This document shows, piece after piece, positions 57,031-64,000 of a stretch of 64,000 bases of DNA. The DNA lies in the NCBI GenBank assembly GCA_029260875.1, contig JAJDCL010000008.1, positions 2,546 through 66,545 of the forward strand, written 5' to 3'. The translations under genes and the position numbers were made by a program. A model generated the notes under the pieces. That model had not been told where the DNA came from, searched no databases, and saw nothing but the letters and a program-made list of their open reading frames with translations. Origin of the DNA: Candidatus Saccharimonadota bacterium (GTDB lineage: Bacteria; Patescibacteriota; Saccharimonadia; Saccharimonadales; OFTM59). Position 1 is the first letter of the stretch. The number at the start of each line of letters is the position of its first letter.

Positions 57031-58347
57031 ATGAACGAGCAGTTAAACCTTTTGGAGCAAGCAAAGTCGGTTTTAGAGACCAACGATCAAGGGTCGTTTA
57101 CCATTCCAGCAGACGGCCCTTATCCCCATCAGTGGCTTTGGGATAGCTGTTTTATTGCTATCGGCCAGAGGCATTATGATGTGAGCCGTGCACAGACAGA
57201 AATACTACACTTACTCACAGGCCAGTGGCATAACGGGATGATGCCTAATATTGTTATGTCACCAGGCTATAAGCGCGATCACAACATATGGCGCAGCTGG
57301 ACTAACCCCAATGCACCCGACTATGTTGACACCACCGGGATTACGCAGCCTCCAATGCTAGCAGAGGCCGTTCTTCGGATTGGTCAAAAATTATCTCTCC
57401 CGGAACGGCGCACATGGTATAAAACAGTTTTTTCTGCACTTGTTCAATATCATGAGTGGCTTCACACCGACCGAGATCCTCACCAAGAGGGGTTGGCATT
57501 ACTTTTACACCCATGGGAGTCAGGCCTAGACAACACACCCCCCTGGATGAGTGAGCTCAAAACACACCAAATGCCGGTGTGGATACGTGTTATTGATAAG
57601 TTAGGCCTGGACTGGCTTATCAATCTTTTTCGCCGAGACACACACTTTCTCCCCGCATCGCAGCGCATGTCTACGGTTGATGCACTATCACTATTTAGCA
57701 CACAACGGCGGTTGCGTCGCAAACAATATGATACCGCCAAGATATTGGATCATTCGCTTTTTGCGATTGAGGATCTCAACTTTAACTGCATCCTTATTCG
57801 TGCTGACGAAATTCTTCTGGACATCGCAAAAACAATTCGCCAGGAAGTGCCAGAGGATTTGTTAAATCAGATGAAAAAAACAGTTTTGGCGCTTGAATCT
57901 CTTTGGGACCCATACAGCAACCAGTATTACTCGCGCAACTTTACCACCCATAAACTAATTAAGGAACCTTCTGTTGCTACGTTAATGCCTCTTTATGCAG
58001 GGTGCATTACTAAAGAGCGAGCAGGCTTACTTGTAAAGCATTTAGAAAATCACCACATTTTTGGGCCAGCCTACCCGGTGCCCACAGTACCAATCAACTC
58101 CGTGTGGTTTAAAGAGCTAGGTTACTGGCAGGGCCCGACATGGGTCAATATGAACTGGCTCATTATTGACGGTTTAAAAAGAAACGGCTTCAAGGATCAT
58201 GCCCAGGCCTTAACAGAATCAACACTGGAAATGGTAGCCAAAGGGGGTTTCAGAGAATATTTCTCTCCCATAGATGGCACCCCCGCAGGCGCCCACAACT
58301 TCTCCTGGACCGCCGCCCTGACCATAGACTTACTTCAAAAAAATTAA
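57031..58347 (+). CDS. (alpha/alpha)6-barrel glycoside hydrolase (GH63 / MGH1-like, tentative)
   Basis: 438 aa. PYPHQWLWDSCFIAIG, HPWESGLDNTP and YWQGPTWVNMNW motifs typical of GH63/GH37-type glucosidases. Confidence 0.6.
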   Translation: MNEQLNLLEQAKSVLETNDQGSFTIPADGPYPHQWLWDSCFIAIGQRHYDVSRAQTEILHLLTGQWHNGMMPNIVMSPGYKRDHNIWRSWTNPNAPDYVDTTGITQPPMLAEAVLRIGQKLSLPERRTWYKTVFSALVQYHEWLHTDRDPHQEGLALLLHPWESGLDNTPPWMSELKTHQMPVWIRVIDKLGLDWLINLFRRDTHFLPASQRMSTVDALSLFSTQRRLRRKQYDTAKILDHSLFAIEDLNFNCILIRADEILLDIAKTIRQEVPEDLLNQMKKTVLALESLWDPYSNQYYSRNFTTHKLIKEPSVATLMPLYAGCITKERAGLLVKHLENHHIFGPAYPVPTVPINSVWFKELGYWQGPTWVNMNWLIIDGLKRNGFKDHAQALTESTLEMVAKGGFREYFSPIDGTPAGAHNFSWTAALTIDLLQKN

Positions 58348-58359
58348 TTTTTAACTTTT

Positions 58360-59205
58360 GTGTTTATACCAATATTTCTTTTGCTTATATGTCTAATTTG
58401 TGCTATAATTATTTATATGAAGTATGTAGTGGAAGTTGTTGACGAATTTGAGCGTAACTTTGCATGCGTGCAGGCTGGCGAAGAACAACTTGAATCACGA
58501 TTTCATCATATTGACCAAATGGCGCTTGCAGGTAGAAGTTATGAAATGGCTATCATGAAATTTGTTCAGACGTTTCCAAATCTAACCGCAAGGATAATTG
58601 GGGTCGATCTTGATAAGATGGCGGATGAGGGTTATAGATTTAAAGGAGCTGGCACACTGCACACAGCGGTCGTAAATGAGAATGACTCATATTATATTTT
58701 AAAGGCACATCGCAGAAGTGTACGAATGAGCGAAAGTGATCGACTAAGTACAGCGATTGGCTTTAACGAACAACATAATATATTAAGGAATTATTTAGGA
58801 CCAATGGTTTTGCCTCAGGTAAGCTATGTGGGCAAACATCCTATAAAGCCTGGCGAAACCGCTGTTATGACAGCGCAGGAATTCTGTCCAAAGTTGTATG
58901 ACCCGAAGTTATTCCATCCATACAAGGCAGAGGTTGATGCGGAAAAGCTTGAGATATTAATGGCCGAATATCCCGGCATTGAGAACCAGCTTCATGACTT
59001 AGCCGTCCAAGGCCTTAGGCTCTGGAAAGATACAAGAGAATTTTTGCCAGACACTAGTGCGCCACGCAATATCGTTATCGGTCTGGAACCGCAGCCCCGA
59101 CTACTGTGTCTTGACGGTTTGCCGGTTGAACGCAACAGAGGCTCAGTTGAAGAACGTATAGTAGGTCAGCTTATTGATCTACGCGATAAAACACCCCAAC
59201 CATAA
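58360..59205 (+). CDS. hypothetical protein (start uncertain: GTG 58360 with an N-terminal TM, or ATG 58417)
   Basis: 281 aa ORF. The hydrophobic N-terminus exists only if the GTG start is used. Some spaced motifs faintly resemble a kinase-like fold (see findings). Confidence 0.5.
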   Translation: MFIPIFLLLICLICAIIIYMKYVVEVVDEFERNFACVQAGEEQLESRFHHIDQMALAGRSYEMAIMKFVQTFPNLTARIIGVDLDKMADEGYRFKGAGTLHTAVVNENDSYYILKAHRRSVRMSESDRLSTAIGFNEQHNILRNYLGPMVLPQVSYVGKHPIKPGETAVMTAQEFCPKLYDPKLFHPYKAEVDAEKLEILMAEYPGIENQLHDLAVQGLRLWKDTREFLPDTSAPRNIVIGLEPQPRLLCLDGLPVERNRGSVEERIVGQLIDLRDKTPQP

Positions 59206-59341
59206 CCTGGAGGTTATATTTAGCCTAATACACAAAGTATGCCCTTTTAGGTTGGTTCAAGCCGGCCAAGCTTACATGTACAGATTAGACTGTTGCAAAA
59301 AGATTGCCTTATCACGAGTTTGGGCGAGTGTTCCGCGATTG

Positions 59342-60502
59342 TTAAAAGTCGGCTAGGTGGTTGCCTTTGCGGTAGGTTTTGATGGCTTGTTTATATGGTT
59401 CAAAGTTGCGGTAAATGGCCAGGTCGGCACGCCGGCGCACGATCCAACCGCGCAAACCGCTGATAATTTTTGTCGGCGTTTGAATAATTGCCCAGTTCGG
59501 TCCGATTGGCACGGCGTAAATGGGCTTCCTTGCACGGTACCAAAACGGCGACTTGCCCGCTTGCTCGCGCAGTAAGTTTGTTGCTATAAATTTTGCGTCA
59601 AGTAATGCGGTCTGTGCCATACCCGAATACGGCGTAGATGCATTGTCGCCCAGTACATATACGTCTGTATGACCCGACGCATGTAAATACTGGTCCACTT
59701 TTACGCGCCCGCGCTCCATCGCGAATAGCCGCGGATGGTTAGCATAAAAATTAGCCGCGTGGCTGCCAGCCGTCCATATTATTAAGTCTACCTCTAGGTC
59801 GCCACTGTCCAGACACGCCTTACCAGGCTTACACAAATTTAACTGTGTGTTTAATAAAACCCGCACCCCAAGCTTCTGAAGTCTGGTCAAAGCTTTTTTA
59901 GACGCCTGGGGTAAAAGTGATGGCAACACACGGTCGGAACCCTCAATAAGTACAGCTTCCACCTTCTTGGCTGGTGTCTTGTACTTTTCTGCCACCAACT
60001 GGGCAAAATGATCTAGCTCACCAGCCAGCTCAACGCCAGCTGACCCACCACCAACAACCGCAATGCGCACTGATTTTGCAGGGCTCCTAAAAAGATCTTT
60101 CAATTTATGGCGGAGCCTGATTGTGCTGCCTATTGTATCAAGGCTCATGCTTAGCTCATCCATGTCACTAAGGCCAAAGTAGTTAACGACATTGCCCATT
60201 GCTAGCACCAATTTGTCGTACGGGTAAATATTGCCTGTCTCGCTCACAACGCGCTTTTTATTTGCATCTATACCGACTATCTTATCTTGCGCAAATTTAA
60301 CATTCTTGGTGCGTTTTAAAATATCTCGCAGAGGTATTACCACCTCTAACGGCGATCGGCCTGTGCCAGAACGGTACAGCGCCCCATGATATTCGAAGTT
60401 TGACCGTTCAGAAATAAGCGTAATCTCAAACCCCTGCTTATTACCCAGCTCAAGTGCAGTCTTGATGCCTGCAAACCCGCCCCCGACTATCACAATATTC
60501 AC
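59342..60502 (-). CDS. ndh: type II NADH dehydrogenase-like FAD/NAD(P)-dependent oxidoreductase
   Basis: 386 aa. Two dinucleotide loops (IVIVGGGFAG, VVGGGSAGVE) and GD..S motif. GTG start 2 nt after the rmuC stop. Confidence 0.8.
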   Translation of the reverse strand: MNIVIVGGGFAGIKTALELGNKQGFEITLISERSNFEYHGALYRSGTGRSPLEVVIPLRDILKRTKNVKFAQDKIVGIDANKKRVVSETGNIYPYDKLVLAMGNVVNYFGLSDMDELSMSLDTIGSTIRLRHKLKDLFRSPAKSVRIAVVGGGSAGVELAGELDHFAQLVAEKYKTPAKKVEAVLIEGSDRVLPSLLPQASKKALTRLQKLGVRVLLNTQLNLCKPGKACLDSGDLEVDLIIWTAGSHAANFYANHPRLFAMERGRVKVDQYLHASGHTDVYVLGDNASTPYSGMAQTALLDAKFIATNLLREQAGKSPFWYRARKPIYAVPIGPNWAIIQTPTKIISGLRGWIVRRRADLAIYRNFEPYKQAIKTYRKGNHLADF

Positions 60503-60504
60503 TT

Positions 60505-61572
60505 TTATCTCTCAATTTCCAACGGGTTGTTGCTGGGGGGTTCAACAATCTTAAGATCTGAGTGGTTACTGATTTGATCAACAACTTTTGTTAGCTGCCG
60601 GCTGCGCGTACCTTCTACTTCTTGAAATGTTTTTTGCGTAGTTGTTAGTTGATTACCAAGCCTTTGCATGCTGTCGCCAAACTTTGCGTATTCTTCCTGG
60701 AACTTAGAAACAAGCCCAAAAATTTCCTGCAAGTGCTTTTCATAGCCAAAGTTTTTGTGCGCCTGCATTACCAGCCTAAGCACCGCCGTAAAACCAAACG
60801 GCCCAGCTAATACTACCTTGCGCTGGTTGCAGTATTCGTTTATGTCAGGCATTTTTTCATATATAAAGCTAAATATCATTTCGTTCGGTATAAACATCAC
60901 CACAAAATCCAGCGTCTGATCTTGCGGGTTGATGTAGTCTTTAGACGTTATACCTTTTACTTTCATCTTGATAGAGTTGCTAAATTTAGCCAGTGCCTGT
61001 TTCTTGGTTGCCTCGGTTTTGGCCTCTTGATATTCCATCAGGTCATCGAATGGAAACTTAGCATCAACATTAAGCTTAGCGCCATCAGGTAATAAGATCG
61101 TAAAATCGGGCCGCCCTTCGCTGGTAGCTGATTGTTTTGTAAAGTTTGAACCTTCTACAAAACCAGCTGCAAGCAACAAATCCTCCGCCACTTGCTCGCC
61201 CCAGACACCACGCAACCTGTTGTTTGATAGCAGGTTCTTTAGGCTATCTGTAGATACTTGCAAACCTTCGGTTATCTTGGCTGTATTCGCCAGCTGTTCG
61301 CGGATGGCGGCATTTTGCTTGCGTAGATCGCCTACTTCTTCGCGGCTGCCTTGCAGCTGCTTTTCTAGACCCTTCATAATTTCGCTAATAAGTTTTTGGT
61401 TGTTAGCAACGATGTCCTTGACGCCAGATTCAATTTCTTGTTTGCTGTCTTTGCGCTTCTCTTCGTGTGTGTTTGTAAGCTGCAAGATAAATTTTTGGCC
61501 AAAGAAGTAAATCGCAAACACTACAATCCCAGCAACTATAACTGCCCCCAACAAAATTTCGCCAATATCCAT
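60505..61572 (-). CDS. rmuC: DNA recombination protein RmuC
   Basis: 355 aa. N-terminal TM, a coiled coil and an RmuC nuclease-like core (RPDFTILLPDGAKLNVDAKFP ... FVVMFIPNE). Confidence 0.8.
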   Translation of the reverse strand: MDIGEILLGAVIVAGIVVFAIYFFGQKFILQLTNTHEEKRKDSKQEIESGVKDIVANNQKLISEIMKGLEKQLQGSREEVGDLRKQNAAIREQLANTAKITEGLQVSTDSLKNLLSNNRLRGVWGEQVAEDLLLAAGFVEGSNFTKQSATSEGRPDFTILLPDGAKLNVDAKFPFDDLMEYQEAKTEATKKQALAKFSNSIKMKVKGITSKDYINPQDQTLDFVVMFIPNEMIFSFIYEKMPDINEYCNQRKVVLAGPFGFTAVLRLVMQAHKNFGYEKHLQEIFGLVSKFQEEYAKFGDSMQRLGNQLTTTQKTFQEVEGTRSRQLTKVVDQISNHSDLKIVEPPSNNPLEIER

Positions 61573-61578
61573 AAGTAT

Positions 61579-61584
61579 ATTGTA
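61579..61584 (-). promoter_or_regulatory. TACAAT -10 box 6 nt upstream of the rmuC ATG
   Basis: Minus strand TACAAT at 61584-61579 and ATG at 61572. Confidence 0.4.
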
Positions 61585-61605
61585 CCCTAGTTAGCTATAC
61601 GCGCA

Positions 61606-62475
61606 CTAGTGGCCATGCTCATGTAGGTCAAATGATTCTACACAATCTGCATATATCAAGTGTTCGCCCTCTTTATCAAAATACTGAACGCAGTTATGGT
61701 TTTGGTCGCCATGATTCGCGTCAGTATATTTATGCGCGATTTCCGTAGTTACACCAACAGTTAAGATCCCGAGTAGAAGCAAGGCAACCGCAGCATAGTT
61801 ATACTTTTTGTTAAATGTTTGGTGAATCGTAGGTATCAAGTCGCTGGCGGCTATGTATATGAACATACCGGCTGTAATGGCTAGCATTTCGCCGAGTGGA
61901 AGGGCTGATTCAGACCCAAGCCAGAAAATCAGCAGCGCGCCGACAGTAGACATGAGGGCACTTAGGACATTGATGATAATAACCTTCTGGCGGTTATAGC
62001 CTTGCTTTAATAGTAATCCGAAATCTCCAATCTCCTGGGGTATTTCATGAGTAGCCACAGCAATCGCAGCGACAATTCCGGCCGGAACACTAATCAAAAA
62101 AGCCGCGCCTATAGCAATACCGTCTAAAAGATTATGTACGCTGTCTCCGATGATTATGAGTGGCGCTGTCACGTGCATACTCTTATCTTGATGCTCATGG
62201 TGGTGGTGAAACCAGTGCAAAAAGTGCTCAAGCAAAAAGAATGCAATTATGCCACCAAGTACCCAGCGCATAGCCGTACCCGCGACCATTACTTCCAGCG
62301 CTTCTGGTAAAAGCTCAAAGAAAGCAGCAGCCAATAGCGCACCAGCAGCAAAAGGAGTCGCGTATTTACCAAGTGTTTCAGCCGTTTTTTTGCGACGCAA
62401 CAATAACATGCCGCCTACAAGAGAAAAAACTCCGCCAATAAGTGAAAAAAATATAATGTGCCCGTAATTCGCCAT
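61606..62475 (-). CDS. zupT: ZIP-family divalent metal (zinc) transporter
   Basis: Start re-set to ATG 62475 (MANYGHIIFFSLIGG...), giving 289 aa. His-rich loop HWFHHHHEH and ZIP signature HEIPQEIGDFGLL. Confidence 0.85.
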   Translation of the reverse strand: MANYGHIIFFSLIGGVFSLVGGMLLLRRKKTAETLGKYATPFAAGALLAAAFFELLPEALEVMVAGTAMRWVLGGIIAFFLLEHFLHWFHHHHEHQDKSMHVTAPLIIIGDSVHNLLDGIAIGAAFLISVPAGIVAAIAVATHEIPQEIGDFGLLLKQGYNRQKVIIINVLSALMSTVGALLIFWLGSESALPLGEMLAITAGMFIYIAASDLIPTIHQTFNKKYNYAAVALLLLGILTVGVTTEIAHKYTDANHGDQNHNCVQYFDKEGEHLIYADCVESFDLHEHGH

Positions 62476-62518
62476 GTCTTGTCTTTCGTTTATTTTCCTC
62501 AAAAGTTTACTCTTTATA

Positions 62519-62553
62519 ACATACAAATTGCAAATTATTCGCAATTTGTATGT
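62519..62553. promoter_or_regulatory. 13-bp perfect inverted repeat (ACATACAAATTGC-N9-GCAATTTGTATGT), candidate Fur/Zur-family operator
   Basis: Lies in the 100-bp divergent region between the ZIP and Fur-family genes. A third AAATTGCA copy sits at 62554-62561. The dyad abuts TGtTATAAA, the minus-strand -10 candidate for the ZIP gene. Confidence 0.6.
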
Positions 62554-62575
62554 AAATTGCAGTAATCTGTATGGT

Positions 62576-62989
62576 ATGAACATTGAATTAGTCAGGTTTA
62601 AGAAAGTTTTGAAAAGCAATGGGCACTTTGTGACCAAGCCACGGCTGCGGTTGTTTGGGCATTTGCAGAATCATAAGGTGCTGACGATTGCTCAGCTTAT
62701 TTCCCTGCTGAGCCGGCACGACCAAGCAACTGTCTACCGCAACATAAAAATCTTTGAAAAACTTGGCATCATCAGCCGACTCCAGCTCGGCTGGCATTCT
62801 AAGCTTGAACTCAGCGACACTTTCCAGCACCATCATCACCACATGACGTGCTTAAAATGTGGCAAAGTCACCGTACTGAATGAAGACCAGGTTATCGAAA
62901 AGCAAATCGAGCACATGAGTGCACGCTCAAATTTCAAACCCATACATCACCAGTTAGAAATCCGCGGCCTCTGCCACATCTGTAAGTAA
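62576..62989 (+). CDS. Fur-family metalloregulator (Zur-like by context)
   Basis: Start re-set to ATG 62576 (MNIELVRFKKVLK...), giving 137 aa. Winged helix (ATVYRNIKIFEKLGII), HHHHHMTCLKCG and a C-terminal CHIC zinc site. Confidence 0.85.
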   Translation: MNIELVRFKKVLKSNGHFVTKPRLRLFGHLQNHKVLTIAQLISLLSRHDQATVYRNIKIFEKLGIISRLQLGWHSKLELSDTFQHHHHHMTCLKCGKVTVLNEDQVIEKQIEHMSARSNFKPIHHQLEIRGLCHICK

Positions 62990-63052
62990 CGCTGAATATA
63001 TTATTGTGTCGTTCGCAAAGTTGGCGTAAGATTAGCGACAAAGGAGATAATT

Positions 63053-63127
63053 ATGAACGAACACGCTGAGGGCAAACTACTGGAAGCGATTGAAGCATCA
63101 AGAGATGCCAAACGGGTAACTTCTTAA
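63053..63127 (+). CDS. 24-aa ORF with strong Shine-Dalgarno, in frame with the downstream 88-aa ORF
   Basis: AAGGAG at 63041-63046, 6 nt before the ATG. Translation MNEHAEGKLLEAIEASRDAKRVTS, then TAA at 63125-63127. Confidence 0.35.
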   Translation: MNEHAEGKLLEAIEASRDAKRVTS

Positions 63128-63145
63128 AGCCGGGCAGAATCATTA

Positions 63146-63412
63146 ATGCGAGCCATGGCTGGTATTGCGGCTGGTAAAACAGTAATAATAGTAAGGAATG
63201 ATGATTCGGACCGGGGTGTTGTACATGATTACTATGGTGGGCGGCGGCATCTAGGATTCTTAAAATGTAGCGACGGTTTAGGGGACGCTTATGGTTTATG
63301 GGACGCTTATAAAGTGTCTAGCGATCCAAAAGTTAGCCCAGCATGTCTAAATACCAAACCAGCCAGTTATGTTCAGGCTTTTAACATACTTGAAGAAGCG
63401 CTTTACGAGTAA
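63146..63412 (+). CDS. hypothetical protein (possibly the distal part of a gene interrupted by an in-frame TAA)
   Basis: 88 aa. No Shine-Dalgarno or -10 box near the ATG. Same frame as the 63053 ORF. Confidence 0.4.
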   Translation: MRAMAGIAAGKTVIIVRNDDSDRGVVHDYYGGRRHLGFLKCSDGLGDAYGLWDAYKVSSDPKVSPACLNTKPASYVQAFNILEEALYE

Positions 63413-63430
63413 CCCAAGTTCATAAATGCA

Positions 63431-63463
63431 AATAAAAATGACCCCGGACGATAGTCCAGGGTC
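63431..63463 (-). terminator. intrinsic terminator downstream of the PAP2 gene
   Basis: Minus strand GACCCTGGAC-tatc-GTCCGGGGTC (one mismatch) followed by ATTTTTATTT. A second hairpin, GTGGAAG-N7-CTTCCAC, lies at 63465-63485. Confidence 0.6.
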
Positions 63464-63514
63464 TGTGGAAGCCTCACACTTCCACTTCTAGCATAATCCT
63501 AAGTGCTCATGCTT

Positions 63515-63988
63515 TCAAGACTTTTTACGAATGTCTGTCAGGCGCACAAAATGAAAAACAGCAACCGACGCCCAGCCAATCGCAAAACCTCCCACAATGT
63601 CCAGTGGCGCATGCACCCCCAGATACACACGCGACAAACCGACCCCAATTATCATGGCTGGCACAAGCCACCGGTATCGTCTTGGCAAGAAGTGCCATAA
63701 GGTCAACGCGATAGCAGTGGCAAGCGCTGTGTGGCCAGACGGAAACCCAGGTCCGCGAATTAGATGGTCACGGTAGATTAGATCTGTGAAGAATTCATGT
63801 GGGCGACCCCTGCCGTACATGTCTTTTGCAACACCAGCAGCCAGATAAGCTAAAAGACCGCTCATAAGCAGCCTAATAACCGCAGAATAGTGGCTTTTCA
63901 CAAGATAGACAATGGAAAGCGCAAAAAGCATGGTTATGCCACCCAGTTGTGTGATAACCAAAAACGGCAGCGTCAAGGACTCCGGCAT
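63515..63988 (-). CDS. PAP2-family phosphatase (start may lie beyond the right edge)
   Basis: 157 aa from ATG 63988, but the frame stays open to base 64000. PAP2 motifs KDMYGRGRP, PSGH and SRVYLGVHAPLD. Confidence 0.85.
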   Translation of the reverse strand: MPESLTLPFLVITQLGGITMLFALSIVYLVKSHYSAVIRLLMSGLLAYLAAGVAKDMYGRGRPHEFFTDLIYRDHLIRGPGFPSGHTALATAIALTLWHFLPRRYRWLVPAMIIGVGLSRVYLGVHAPLDIVGGFAIGWASVAVFHFVRLTDIRKKS

Positions 63989-64000
63989 TTGGTAAACAAA

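Noticed and set aside
62476-62637. N-terminal extensions of the ZIP ORF (to 62637) and the Fur-family ORF (from 62474).
   Set aside because: The extensions overlap each other on opposite strands and cover the dyad operator. The internal ATGs at 62475 and 62576 give family-typical N-termini.
1-64000. Looked for rRNA, tRNA, tmRNA, RNase P and SRP RNA signatures, CRISPR repeats, IS/transposase, integrase and phage genes, and T-box leaders upstream of tyrS and pheS.
   Set aside because: None recognised by eye. The intergenic regions are mostly under 100 bp, and the three longer gaps lack the conserved motifs I checked (for example GGTTCGA T-loops or GAGGAAAGTCC). A covariance-model scan would be needed to be certain.

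Overview
The window is a gene-dense (about 90% coding), mostly minus-strand stretch of a small, streamlined bacterial chromosome. The gene content looks like a CPR/Patescibacteria lineage such as Saccharibacteria, but that is inference from content only because I could not run any search. Supporting traits are a split transketolase, a short malic enzyme, NDH-2, an orphan type IV pilus ATPase, many unknown membrane-anchored small proteins, and stop/start overlaps everywhere.

About 65 CDSs are supportable.
- **Information processing:** rsmD, recG, tyrS, radA, clpC, nusA, rnhB, yraN, rplS, dnaE, gatCAB, uvrB, pheST, rmuC.
- **Envelope:** a class A PBP, a CAP-domain protein, a serine hydrolase and a PAP2 phosphatase.
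- **Sugar-phosphate cluster (37.2-45.2 kb):** PfkB kinase, class II FBA, split tkt, rpe, rpiB, gap.
- **Redox cluster:** marR, trxB, a glutaredoxin-like protein and an FKBP.
- **Zinc module:** a divergent ZIP transporter and Fur-family regulator.

I recognised no rRNA, tRNA, CRISPR array, transposase, integrase or phage gene by eye.

The most interesting signals are regulatory or architectural.
1. A CIRCE-type dyad is embedded in the clpC promoter.
2. A TACAAT -10 box recurs 6-8 nt upstream of start codons, implying leaderless mRNAs, and some divergent pairs share one TA between their -10 boxes.
3. A 13-bp perfect dyad sits between the ZIP and Fur-family genes.
4. An unlisted 49-aa transmembrane ORF exactly bridges the two transketolase halves.
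5. Unknown or unexpected genes are translationally coupled inside the gatCAB and pheST operons.
6. A tightly overlapped three-gene cassette (unknown 418-aa protein, LOG/TIGR00725-like protein, 70-aa membrane-anchored Cys protein) is the best candidate here for an undescribed module, though its function is speculative.

All functional calls rest on motifs read from the translations. Nothing was verified by database search.
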